Virus record (IMG/VR): IMGVR_UViG_3300020042_004530
Location: 1 to 34,527 of that record
Length of the DNA: 34,527 nt
Origin: a virus
Taxonomy: Duplodnaviria > Caudoviricetes
Strand: one strand, 5' to 3'
The translations under genes were made by a program, and so were the position numbers. Positions 25,312 to 34,178 of this stretch are shown in pieces (position 1 is the stretch's first letter; each line of letters begins with the position of its first letter). The notes under the pieces were generated by a model. That model saw only the letters and a list, made by a program, of their open reading frames with translations, did not search any database and had not been told where the DNA came from.

Positions 25312-25334
25312 AGCCCCTTAATCGGGGCTTTTTT
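25312..25334 (+). terminator. Intrinsic terminator closing the moron
   Basis: AGCCCC-ttaatc-GGGGCT-TTTTT. Confidence 0.85.
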
Positions 25335-25354
25335 CATTTATGTACCTTTGTACA

Positions 25355-25780
25355 ATGAAGAATCCTTTTAAATATCTCATTCCCGCTTATTATACAGCCC
25401 TTAACGGACAGATAGCCGTTAACGGTACAACCTTACCCGTTTACGATGGTATGGCAGCCCCTAACGCTGATAGTTCATATATTATGATAGGCGAACGTTC
25501 AAGCAGCCAACTAAACGCAAAATGCAGCTTTACAAGCGAATGTTTTGTGCTGATTGATATAGTCTTAAAGGGTTACGGTTATGGGTTTAAGGACACAGAA
25601 GAAGCAGCGGATCAAATCTTAGATATAATTAACAGTAACGCAAATTTAGTTCCTACAAGTTCATTCCAAGTCGTTACCACTAGCGTACAAAGTATCAACA
25701 ACCTAAGCGGTTTAAACGATGCGGATAATGTGTTTCGTACACTCATTCGCTTCCGAAATGTAGTTACTCAAATTGCTTAA
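25355..25780 (+). CDS. Tail terminator-like protein (DUF3168 / SPP1 gp17-like)
   Basis: PVYD, YIMIG; position before the tail tube gene; ATG 4 nt after TACCTTTG. Confidence 0.75.
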   Translation: MKNPFKYLIPAYYTALNGQIAVNGTTLPVYDGMAAPNADSSYIMIGERSSSQLNAKCSFTSECFVLIDIVLKGYGYGFKDTEEAADQILDIINSNANLVPTSSFQVVTTSVQSINNLSGLNDADNVFRTLIRFRNVVTQIA

Positions 25781-25801
25781 CTTTGTACAAATCTTTAAAT
25801 T

Positions 25802-26239
25802 ATGTCAAAAGTAAACGGTAGGGATATTCTAATTGCCATTGACCTTGCAGGTGGTACATCATACACAACTGTTGTATGTTTAACGAGTAATACCATTACC
25901 AACAGCGTTACTGAATTGGATGGTTCTGCTAAATGCGGTAATGAGTTCGTTCCAGGGGTTAAGTTTGATGCTTCCATAGACGGCGAAGGGTTCTTAGTTG
26001 ACCCCGATACTGGAAGCCCTACAAGCAAAGGGTTTCCTGAATTGTACACAGCTTTAGTAAACCGTACTATCGTTGGTATTAAGTTTGGTAAGGCAACACC
26101 TACAAGCGGCGAAGCTGTTTATACGGGTACTGCATTTATCACTAACCTTGAACTGTCTGCACCCGATGATGAATTAGTAACATTTACTGTTACATTCAAA
26201 TGCGCTGCACCTCCATTTACACAGACAATAACATACTAA
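25802..26239 (+). CDS. Major tail tube protein
   Basis: VNGRDILI, YTGTAFITNL, VTFTVTF; precedes the chaperone and tape measure genes. Confidence 0.85.
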   Translation: MSKVNGRDILIAIDLAGGTSYTTVVCLTSNTITNSVTELDGSAKCGNEFVPGVKFDASIDGEGFLVDPDTGSPTSKGFPELYTALVNRTIVGIKFGKATPTSGEAVYTGTAFITNLELSAPDDELVTFTVTFKCAAPPFTQTITY

Positions 26240-26652
26240 TGTTTGAATTTAAGCTGAAAGATAAGACCGTACCCCTTAAATGGGGTACTTGGTCTATGAA
26301 AAGATTTTGTGAGATTAAAGAGATTGTTCTAAATGAACAAGATCAAAAACTTTGTCAGAAATTAAATAAGCCATACGTTGAAATAAAATTCACCATAGGG
26401 CAATACTTTGATTTGATTGGTAACGGCAACATTGCGCTTGAAGATGTGGTTATTATACTACAAGCGGCGGCTGAAATGGCAACCAAAGGAACGGCTAAGT
26501 TTACCGAGTTTGAGGTATGCGAATGGATAGATGAAGATGGCGGGATTGTTAACCCTAACGGACAAGTAAAAGCGTTCTTTCAATGGATAGCGGATTCGCA
26601 CCTGGTAAACATTAGCGAACAGCCCGAAGAAAAAAAAAGCGAAGCGGCGTAA
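26239..26652 (+). CDS. Tail assembly chaperone (lambda gpG-like)
   Basis: TAATG-coupled to the tail tube gene; ends EEKKSEAA over a slippery A run. Confidence 0.8.
   Translation: MFEFKLKDKTVPLKWGTWSMKRFCEIKEIVLNEQDQKLCQKLNKPYVEIKFTIGQYFDLIGNGNIALEDVVIILQAAAEMATKGTAKFTEFEVCEWIDEDGGIVNPNGQVKAFFQWIADSHLVNISEQPEEKKSEAA
26630..26639 (+). other. Programmed -1 frameshift site (A AAA AAA)
   Basis: A9G run; the -1 frame is open to 26960. Confidence 0.8.
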
Positions 26653-26960
26653 ATGAAACGTGGGATGACTTGCTTATCAAAGCGGTTGAGATTGGAATAA
26701 CGATAGATGAGTTTTGGCAGATGACATGGCGGGAGTTTACAATCCATGTTAAAGCGGATGAAGCAAGGGAGTTAAAAGAGTGGCATAGAACAAGGGCGAT
26801 AATGCACATGGTTTATGTAATGAATACGGGGGATAAGGTAAAGAAACGACCCGAACAGATACTATCGTTACCAAACGACCCTAAGCAAGATAGAGGAAAA
26901 CCAATAAGTGAACAAGATGTATTAAGAGCAATAAAATTATATAGCGGCAATGGCAACTGA
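26637..26960 (+). CDS. Frameshift extension of the tail chaperone (gpT-like)
   Basis: KRSGVNETWDDLLIKAVEIGITIDEFWQMTWREF...; no in-frame ATG start near the 5' end. Confidence 0.8.
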   Translation, partial: KRSGVNETWDDLLIKAVEIGITIDEFWQMTWREFTIHVKADEARELKEWHRTRAIMHMVYVMNTGDKVKKRPEQILSLPNDPKQDRGKPISEQDVLRAIKLYSGNGN

Positions 26961-28833
26961 AACCCTACGGATTGATATAACGGCTGAACAAAAACAAGCC
27001 CTTGCCGAATTAAAGCTAATGGATGATAGGCTTGTTAGCCTACAAAAGCAATTAAAGAAAACCACCGATGTTAAAGGGGTTATTAGACTACAAGACGAAA
27101 TAAGAGGGTTAAAAAATGAAATGGATGCGCTTTCTAAGACCGCATCCAACAACGTAACCAAAGGCAGCAACCAAGCAGCCAACGCATTAACTAACTTAGG
27201 AAGGGTTGCACAAGATGCACCATTCGGGTTTATAGGTATACAAAACAACCTTAACCCATTACTTGAAAGTTTCCAAAGATTAAAGGCTGAAAGCGGATCA
27301 ACTGGTGGCGCATTAAAAGCGTTAGCGGGTTCGCTCATTGGCCCAGCGGGGTTAGGATTGGCTTTGTCGGTTGGTAGTGCGTTGTTGTTGGCGTTTGGGG
27401 ATAAAATGATGGCCGCAAGTGGCGAAACAAAGAAGCTAAACGAAGCACAAGAAGCACTATCTAAAACACTATCTGACAATCTAGGTGCAGCTAAAGCGGA
27501 AGTAGGGCAAATGCAAATACTTACTAGTATTATCAATGATAATTCTAAGTCGGTTGATGTACGCACAAGAGCATTAGATGAATTAAAGAAAGCATATCCA
27601 GGTTACGAGGCATTGCAAAAGGTAGACATAAAAGATACCGCCGCACTTGCTAAGGTTACTGATACGCTTTCAGCCGCAATAATGCGTAAAGCAAGGGTTG
27701 AGGCTTATAGTGCATTGATAGCACAAGAAGAAGCCAAACAAGCCAAATTTGCCCTTGAAACAGATAAACAACGTGCAGACCGTTTAGGTTTCTTGTCTAA
27801 AGCAATAAAGGACTATGCAGTACCATTGCTAAAATTAGCAAGTCCAACGGCGTTCAATATTGCACAAACAGAATTACAAAGCAGAGCATTAGATGAAGCT
27901 AGTGATGCGTTTGATTTTGGTAATAAAATAATTGGCAGTTATACTGGTACACTTAAAAAGCTAAAAGAAGAACAGTTATTAAATAACGATTCTACTATCT
28001 TAGGCGGTGCAGTAACTAAAGCACAAACCGAAAAAGTTACCAAAGCAGCTAAAGCCGTTAGAGATTATACCGCAGACATAGCTAAAGCAAGGGCATCTTT
28101 TCAATCATTAGGCCAAGGTCAGACGGTTGGAACGGCTCAACAATCCGATACATCATTTGGCGCAGTAGGGCCATCACAAGCTATGATTGACCGTACTATG
28201 GCGGTTCAAGCAGCTACTAAGGTGCAAATGGATTACGCCAACGCTTTACGCCTTACCACAATGAATGAAGAAGCGGCGGCGGCTATGACTAACGTAGCAA
28301 TGTCGGCTTTCACATCATTAGGCAATGCAATGCTACAAGGTCAGGATATTGGAGAGGCGTTGGGGAATGTATTTAAGAAGTTGATTATTGATTTAACCCA
28401 AATGGTTATAAGGGCATTAATGCTTAAAGCTATCATGGCGGCATTAAGTGGTGGTGCAAGTGAAGCAACTACAATAAGCGGCGGTTCAGGAATGGCTGCA
28501 ATGTTTAACGGCATGCCAATAAGCGGCGGTGGTGGCGGTGGTGGCGGTGGTGGCGGCTTCCTTGATATACTTAAAAGCCTTATGGGCTTTTCAGACGGCG
28601 GTATCGCTTCAGGCCCTAAGTCTGGTTATCCCGTAATGTTACATGGAACAGAAGCGGTATTAAACCCTAAGCAATTTAAGAACCTTACAAGCAATATGAT
28701 GAATATGGGTGCATTGCAGAGTCAAGGCTCAAACCAAAGCGGCGGTTCTTCGCAAGTAATACTTAGAGGGCAAGACCTTGTATTAGCATTACAAAGGGCG
28801 GGGGTTAACTTAGACCTTAGACGAGGAAATTAA
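26950..28833 (+). CDS. Tape measure protein
   Basis: 627 aa, Ala-rich and helical; QDAPFGFIGIQNNLNPL; C-terminal FSDGGIASGP..LHGTEAVLN. Confidence 0.9.
   Translation: MATETLRIDITAEQKQALAELKLMDDRLVSLQKQLKKTTDVKGVIRLQDEIRGLKNEMDALSKTASNNVTKGSNQAANALTNLGRVAQDAPFGFIGIQNNLNPLLESFQRLKAESGSTGGALKALAGSLIGPAGLGLALSVGSALLLAFGDKMMAASGETKKLNEAQEALSKTLSDNLGAAKAEVGQMQILTSIINDNSKSVDVRTRALDELKKAYPGYEALQKVDIKDTAALAKVTDTLSAAIMRKARVEAYSALIAQEEAKQAKFALETDKQRADRLGFLSKAIKDYAVPLLKLASPTAFNIAQTELQSRALDEASDAFDFGNKIIGSYTGTLKKLKEEQLLNNDSTILGGAVTKAQTEKVTKAAKAVRDYTADIAKARASFQSLGQGQTVGTAQQSDTSFGAVGPSQAMIDRTMAVQAATKVQMDYANALRLTTMNEEAAAAMTNVAMSAFTSLGNAMLQGQDIGEALGNVFKKLIIDLTQMVIRALMLKAIMAALSGGASEATTISGGSGMAAMFNGMPISGGGGGGGGGGGFLDILKSLMGFSDGGIASGPKSGYPVMLHGTEAVLNPKQFKNLTSNMMNMGALQSQGSNQSGGSSQVILRGQDLVLALQRAGVNLDLRRGN
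28525..28557 (+). repeat. (GGCGGTGGT)3GGCGGC microsatellite encoding Gly11 in the tape measure protein
   Basis: Read directly from the sequence. Confidence 0.9.
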
Positions 28834-28885
28834 TTTTGGTAGTTTGAAATTGTTTTGTAGTTTTACGGAAACAAAATAATAAAAC

Positions 28886-29131
28886 ATGAAAAACAAGCTA
28901 ACAGAGGCGTTACTAGGTACGCTGTTTATTACCTATTTGATTTATTGCTGCTTTATAGTTATCCTACCAATTATTATGATAGTTTCATGGCGTTGGGAAG
29001 GCCATTCTTTTGAATGGTATGAGTGGGCATCCGCAATATTCCTAATGCTTTTAACAATGGGTTCTAGTAATGTCTGTATGGGTTTTTTTATTGAGAACAT
29101 GTCAACTGTAGAAGATGAAAGAGGAAACTAA
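28886..29131 (+). CDS. Two-TM membrane protein (moron gene 1)
   Basis: Two hydrophobic segments; promoter TTTG(28835)-N19-TAGTTTTA(28858); A-rich leader. Confidence 0.7.
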   Translation: MKNKLTEALLGTLFITYLIYCCFIVILPIIMIVSWRWEGHSFEWYEWASAIFLMLLTMGSSNVCMGFFIENMSTVEDERGN

Positions 29132-29342
29132 ATCAATGTTAGATAAGATAATGCTTCAAAAGTTTGATGTGTACCACGAAAGGTATGTATTCGTTGTTAA
29201 CCCTATAACTAAAGATAAATTACAATTAGGCAGAGAATATAAATATTGCGATGTCTTTATAGATAAAAGGTTACCTGAAGATAATATATACTTTATACCG
29301 CATAGAGAATTATTGATAAATAGACACAATAATAATGGGTAA
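29115..29342 (+). CDS. Hypothetical protein (moron gene 2)
   Basis: 75 aa, overlaps both neighbours. Confidence 0.6.
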   Translation: MKEETKSMLDKIMLQKFDVYHERYVFVVNPITKDKLQLGREYKYCDVFIDKRLPEDNIYFIPHRELLINRHNNNG

Positions 29343-29586
29343 AAATAAAAAAGCATTGATTAACCTTAAGACTGGGAAATACGTTAAAGCAGTAACAATA
29401 ATAACGCCAAGTATGCTTGACCCATTACCGATACATTACCGATTGGAGTTAATTAGGGCTATTGCAAATGCAAAAGCAGAAGATTCAGAGTGGAATAAAT
29501 TAGATAGTGGATTAAAAGTTGAAGACCCAGTTACATACGCAAAATATTTTGCAAAGAAAAACAGCTACTTTAAGTCAAATAAATAG
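29335..29586 (+). CDS. Hypothetical protein (moron gene 3)
   Basis: 83 aa, followed by a terminator. Confidence 0.6.
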   Translation: MGKNKKALINLKTGKYVKAVTIITPSMLDPLPIHYRLELIRAIANAKAEDSEWNKLDSGLKVEDPVTYAKYFAKKNSYFKSNK

Positions 29587-29594
29587 CTCCTTAC

Positions 29595-29616
29595 AGCCCC
29601 TTAACGGGGCTTTTTT
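29595..29616 (+). terminator. Intrinsic terminator closing the moron; near copy of 25312-25334
   Basis: AGCCCC-ttaac-GGGGCT-TTTTT. Confidence 0.85.
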
Positions 29617-29635
29617 ATTTGTATCTTTGCCCTAT

Positions 29636-31819
29636 ATGGCTTACGCAATCAAATACAAGATACAACAAGCAACACAAGCGGGTTCTACTATTGTAGTGGA
29701 CTTGTTAGAAGATGCCTACGTTGGTAGTGTAATTACCTACGACGCTACAACGATACAGCTTCAATATATCCCAAGTTCGGATGATCCGTTTGAACCTATC
29801 TATGCAAGTCAGTTAAACGTAGGCATTAACGTTACAGATGATGTTGCTAACATGCCCGACTTTACTACAATGGATGATAGGAAGTATTGGGTTAAAATGT
29901 ATGTAGATAGCGTTTTAAAGTGGCAAGGTTGGGCTTTATCCGATAATGTACAATACCTATTCAGTACGGGGTTTAAAGAGCTTCAATTTAACGCTATTTG
30001 CGGCTTAGGTATGTTGCAGAACATAGACTATTCAACAGCCATAACGGATTACCGATTACAGATACTACAAGTACTTTACGATTGCCTTACACCGTTAGAA
30101 TACCCAACACAGCCGAACCTTAAAAGCAGCATAAGCGTTTACTCGGCTACAATGTTCAACCGTACCGATAACTCAAACAGCGAACCCTGGAATCAGGCGT
30201 ATATGGCGGCTAATAACTTCGTGCAAGTTGAAACAGACGAAAGCGGGGTAAGTAGAAACAAGTTCAATTGCTTAGGCGTATTGCGTGATGTGTTGCTTTC
30301 ATGGGGTTGCCGTATATTCATGGCGAATGGAGAATGGAATATTGTACAGATTAACCAACAGAACGAAGCTACACGCTATTGGACACGCTACAGCCTTACA
30401 ACGGGGTACTTAAACGATGGCAGCGATACGGGCGATATAAACATACCAACGGATGCGATATTCGTTAACAACAGCCAACTAAAAATATACAAGAAGGGGT
30501 ATAATAACTTCGTAAGCTACAAGAAGATTGAGTTTCCGTCTAACTTGCTTTACAACGCAGACCTGAAACTATTTACTGGTAACGATGCAGATCAATGGGT
30601 GGAAACAGTATCGGGTACGGGATATGTAGCGATAAGAGAAAACCAAGATAAGCAGATTAATGCGTTCATACTTGCTTTGGGTGATGTTACAACGGGGGCA
30701 TTAGCGCAGATTGATAGTAGTACACCGATGCCTATAAGTGTTGGTGATTCGCCAAAGGTTCAATTTAGAATATACAATACAACAGCTAATTTAGACGGCG
30801 GCGGGGAGTTATTGCCTAACTGTATTGTTAAGCTACTAATAGCGGGTGGTGGTTCAACATACTACCTTACCGATGCAAACGAATGGGCATTGTTTACTAT
30901 TGGCGTAACGGATTATTACAAGGTAAACGATAAGACAAACAACAGCTTGGTTAACCTTGAGGAAATTCCAGGCGCACCAATTAACGGTACTTTATCCTTT
31001 GGCGTATTCATTCAAGGTAGCGGCGTTAATACTCAATCCGCTATTATTATAGGCGATTTCCAAGTAACCTATTCAAGCGAGTTTAAGAGCGTATTAATGA
31101 CGGCTGAAATAAACGCTACCGATACGTACCGAAAAGAGATTGCGTTCCCGCATGGGTACAATACGGACACTACAGACCTATTGGGCGATGCACAGACACC
31201 CGCATTTTATGGTGCAATTACCGATAGTACGGGCGGTCAACTTTACGGTTGGTATATGTTTGAACGTGTTGGGGTTGATAACTACTTTAGCCTTGCGGAG
31301 TTGATGTTTCAAAACTACATCAATATGTTAAGGCAGAATATCATTAACATAGATGCAGCCATAGAGGGTACATTCTACGCATCCGATGTACTTACATTCA
31401 CAGACAGCGACCCATCGCAGATTAGCGTACAAGGGAATAAGTACTTGATTGGTAATAGCACCTTTGACACTAAACGGAATGAATGTTACGGTACATACTT
31501 ACAGATTGATAACACCTACCAAGAAGCTAATATAGTAACCGTATTTGATAACGGTGTTGGGGCGGGGATAGCCTTGTCTATGCACAACAACGCTGCATTG
31601 AGTTCGGCGGCTGCTTGTCTGTTTGCTACTTATACATTGACTAAATATTCTACTCAATTCTTGCCAGTTGTGGATGATGTTATTTACAACGATATAAATT
31701 TAACACTTCCTTTTAGTGGTGGTACTTTATGGTATAAGTTTTTTATTCCATACTTCAACACAACACGCTCATATCGCATTAACGCAAGTGGGGTTATTAC
31801 AGAGGTTGCCACTTGTTAG
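29636..31819 (+). CDS. Tail tip / baseplate hub-like structural protein
   Basis: Likely start MAYAIKY, 6 nt after TATCTTTG; WQGW, CGLGML, RIFMANGEWNI; large beta-rich ORF after the tape measure. Confidence 0.75.
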   Translation: MAYAIKYKIQQATQAGSTIVVDLLEDAYVGSVITYDATTIQLQYIPSSDDPFEPIYASQLNVGINVTDDVANMPDFTTMDDRKYWVKMYVDSVLKWQGWALSDNVQYLFSTGFKELQFNAICGLGMLQNIDYSTAITDYRLQILQVLYDCLTPLEYPTQPNLKSSISVYSATMFNRTDNSNSEPWNQAYMAANNFVQVETDESGVSRNKFNCLGVLRDVLLSWGCRIFMANGEWNIVQINQQNEATRYWTRYSLTTGYLNDGSDTGDINIPTDAIFVNNSQLKIYKKGYNNFVSYKKIEFPSNLLYNADLKLFTGNDADQWVETVSGTGYVAIRENQDKQINAFILALGDVTTGALAQIDSSTPMPISVGDSPKVQFRIYNTTANLDGGGELLPNCIVKLLIAGGGSTYYLTDANEWALFTIGVTDYYKVNDKTNNSLVNLEEIPGAPINGTLSFGVFIQGSGVNTQSAIIIGDFQVTYSSEFKSVLMTAEINATDTYRKEIAFPHGYNTDTTDLLGDAQTPAFYGAITDSTGGQLYGWYMFERVGVDNYFSLAELMFQNYINMLRQNIINIDAAIEGTFYASDVLTFTDSDPSQISVQGNKYLIGNSTFDTKRNECYGTYLQIDNTYQEANIVTVFDNGVGAGIALSMHNNAALSSAAACLFATYTLTKYSTQFLPVVDDVIYNDINLTLPFSGGTLWYKFFIPYFNTTRSYRINASGVITEVATC

Positions 31820-31849
31820 GTAGTCTTTAAAATAACGTAAATTTGTAAC

Positions 31850-32536
31850 ATGGCAGAATTAATAAATGGGCGTAATGTAGTACTATATAAATACGATGGA
31901 ACGACTTACGAATCCATTCCATTCGCTTGTGCAACTGAATGCACTTTAACAAATAATTTAGAGTTAAAGGAAATTACTAACCAAAGTTCTGCCAACTTCA
32001 GGGAGTTTAAACCCGACATGAATAGTTGGTCTATTTCAGGGAGTGGATTTGTTATCCTAAACACCGAATACAACTACCTTTCACAGTTAGGTGCTATCAT
32101 AAATAGGGAACTATTAACAGTTAAGTTTATCATAGATAACGGCGGTGTTAATGGTTTGTCAATATTTACGGGAACTTGTTATTTAATATCCCATACAACG
32201 GTGGGGGCAGATGATAACCTTTCAACCTATTCCATCCAATTGCAAGGTACTGGAGTGCCATCCTTAGCGGGAACAACCGTAACCCCAGGGGGCATTATTA
32301 TTACGGGCGGATCAATAGTACAAGTATTCCAACTTACAGCAACCGAAGGTCAAACATCGTTAACCTTTAGCGGTGCAATTGGATTGGACTTGCTATATGG
32401 GTCAAGGGGTGGCATAACCATCCAACCAATCGGTACGTTAACGGGTAACGGTGGTACGTGGGATATATCAACGGGGGTTTTAACATTAGCAACACCAACG
32501 GTGGATGGAGAAGAATTTATAATAATGTGTCAATAA
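31850..32536 (+). CDS. Second tail-tube-like protein with a C-terminal extension
   Basis: INGRNVVLY, ACATECTL, SWSISGSG, FTGTCYL, TYSIQLQGTG. Confidence 0.7.
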   Translation: MAELINGRNVVLYKYDGTTYESIPFACATECTLTNNLELKEITNQSSANFREFKPDMNSWSISGSGFVILNTEYNYLSQLGAIINRELLTVKFIIDNGGVNGLSIFTGTCYLISHTTVGADDNLSTYSIQLQGTGVPSLAGTTVTPGGIIITGGSIVQVFQLTATEGQTSLTFSGAIGLDLLYGSRGGITIQPIGTLTGNGGTWDISTGVLTLATPTVDGEEFIIMCQ

Positions 32537-32537
32537 T

Positions 32538-34175
32538 ATGAAAAGAATAGTTATAATATTAGTAGGGTTAATTAGTATCGCTTACGGACAGAGCTCTCCT
32601 ACTTCGGCCAAGACCCGATTTGTCAATGGATTGTATGTAGGCACTAAGTTAGATGCTTACTTTAACGCTGCGGATAGTAACGCTATCTATTGGAGAGCGG
32701 ATAGTTCTTTAATGGCAAAGTACAAGGGTACGGCGAGGGCGTTGGCGTTTGCGGTAAGTGGCGGGTATATCCCATACAGCGATACAACATCACTATTAAG
32801 TCAAGTCGTTAGAACATTTGGAACGCAGACGGTAGGGGGAAATAAAACGTTTAGCGGAATAACAACAGTAAGTAATACAACCGTATCAACTTCGTCTACC
32901 AATGGGGCTTTAGTTGTTGGTGGTGGGGTGGGTATTGCGGGGGCGTTAAATACGGGAGCTAACGCAGTTATAAACACCAATACATTTGGGTTAGGTAGCG
33001 GCTCTCAATCAATATTAATAGGAAGTAGTGCATCTGCTAGTGGATCACGTTCAATAGTATTAGGGGTTGAAGCTACATCAAACGGGACTAGAACGATAGC
33101 AATAGGGAGCGGGTCAAGTGCTGGTAATTCCTCTGCAGCTGATAACGTTTCAATCGGTGCGGGTGCGGGTGCTAGTTTAGGGGTTGCTTCTAGTAATGTT
33201 ATGATCGGCAAAGATGCGGGTAGGTTTTACAATTCATTTTTTACATTACAAACACCTCAAAATAGCGTATTTCTAGGTTCTGGAACGCAAGGTATAACAA
33301 ATACAGATGATAATACTACTGTGATTGGCTACGCCGCCATCGGCAACGGCTCAAACACCGTAACGATAGGGAATAGTTCGGTGACAGATAACTATTTCAA
33401 CGGAAGCGTAAGGGCTACTGATAGCATAGTTGGTGCGGGTGCAAGTTTTACGGGTAACTTAAAAATGAGGGATAACCAAATTACAAGCGTGTCTGTTATT
33501 TCGGTAACAAGAACAGTAACCGATTCCGTTATATCAGTAGGTATAAGAAATAGTGGAAAGATTATTTGGGGTGATGGCTCGTTTGCTGCGGGTGTTTCGG
33601 GTGTTTATAATACGGCTGATGACGGAACGGTTATAGTTCCAAAGACGGGCGCAACAAGAGATTTCTTATTAGCTAATGGAGCTGGTTCAACTGTGTTGAG
33701 CGTACCAACGGGTACAACTAATTTAGTTGCATTGGGAGTGTATAACGCAACAGTTGGAGCAACGAATAGGGATGTCTTTGTAGACAATACGGGGTTACTT
33801 GGTTATGTATCATCTTTCAGGGCATCAAAGAAAAACATTAACCCTATATCAAATACAGATTGGCTACACAAGTTAAACCCCGTAACATTTAATTATCGTG
33901 TAAAGGATAAGAAAGGAAACTACACCGATTCATCTTATAAAGAATTAGAGTATGGTTTAGTAGCTGAAGAAGTAGAACCAGTAAACAAAGAGATGGTATT
34001 CTATGATGTGGATAGTTCAGGCAATAAGAAGTTAAGAGGGGTGCATTACTCTAAATTGATTATACCATTATTATCTGTTATTCAAGAGCAAAAGAAAAAT
34101 GCAGACGCATTGGAAAAAAGGATAACCGATTTAGAGGCAAAATTAGAAGCATTATTAAAATTAACAAGGTTGTAA
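32538..34175 (+). CDS. Fibre/adhesin with N-terminal signal peptide, YadA-head-like repeats and a C-terminal peptidase S74 (intramolecular chaperone) domain
   Basis: MKRIVIILVGLISIAYG/Q; xxIGxxA repeats; SSFRASKKNI, LNPVTFNY, YGLVAEEV, VHYSKLI plus coiled coil. Confidence 0.8.
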   Translation: MKRIVIILVGLISIAYGQSSPTSAKTRFVNGLYVGTKLDAYFNAADSNAIYWRADSSLMAKYKGTARALAFAVSGGYIPYSDTTSLLSQVVRTFGTQTVGGNKTFSGITTVSNTTVSTSSTNGALVVGGGVGIAGALNTGANAVINTNTFGLGSGSQSILIGSSASASGSRSIVLGVEATSNGTRTIAIGSGSSAGNSSAADNVSIGAGAGASLGVASSNVMIGKDAGRFYNSFFTLQTPQNSVFLGSGTQGITNTDDNTTVIGYAAIGNGSNTVTIGNSSVTDNYFNGSVRATDSIVGAGASFTGNLKMRDNQITSVSVISVTRTVTDSVISVGIRNSGKIIWGDGSFAAGVSGVYNTADDGTVIVPKTGATRDFLLANGAGSTVLSVPTGTTNLVALGVYNATVGATNRDVFVDNTGLLGYVSSFRASKKNINPISNTDWLHKLNPVTFNYRVKDKKGNYTDSSYKELEYGLVAEEVEPVNKEMVFYDVDSSGNKKLRGVHYSKLIIPLLSVIQEQKKNADALEKRITDLEAKLEALLKLTRL

Positions 34176-34178
34176 GAA

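Noticed and set aside
26937-27566. 209-aa minus-strand ORF
   Set aside because: Antisense shadow of the tape measure gene.
29519-29635. N-terminal extension of the 766-aa ORF (and similar extensions at 15390, 16145, 20692, 25340, 26200)
   Set aside because: The extensions run through terminators, promoters or upstream genes; downstream ATGs (29636, 15417, 16175, 20710, 25355, 26239) fit better.
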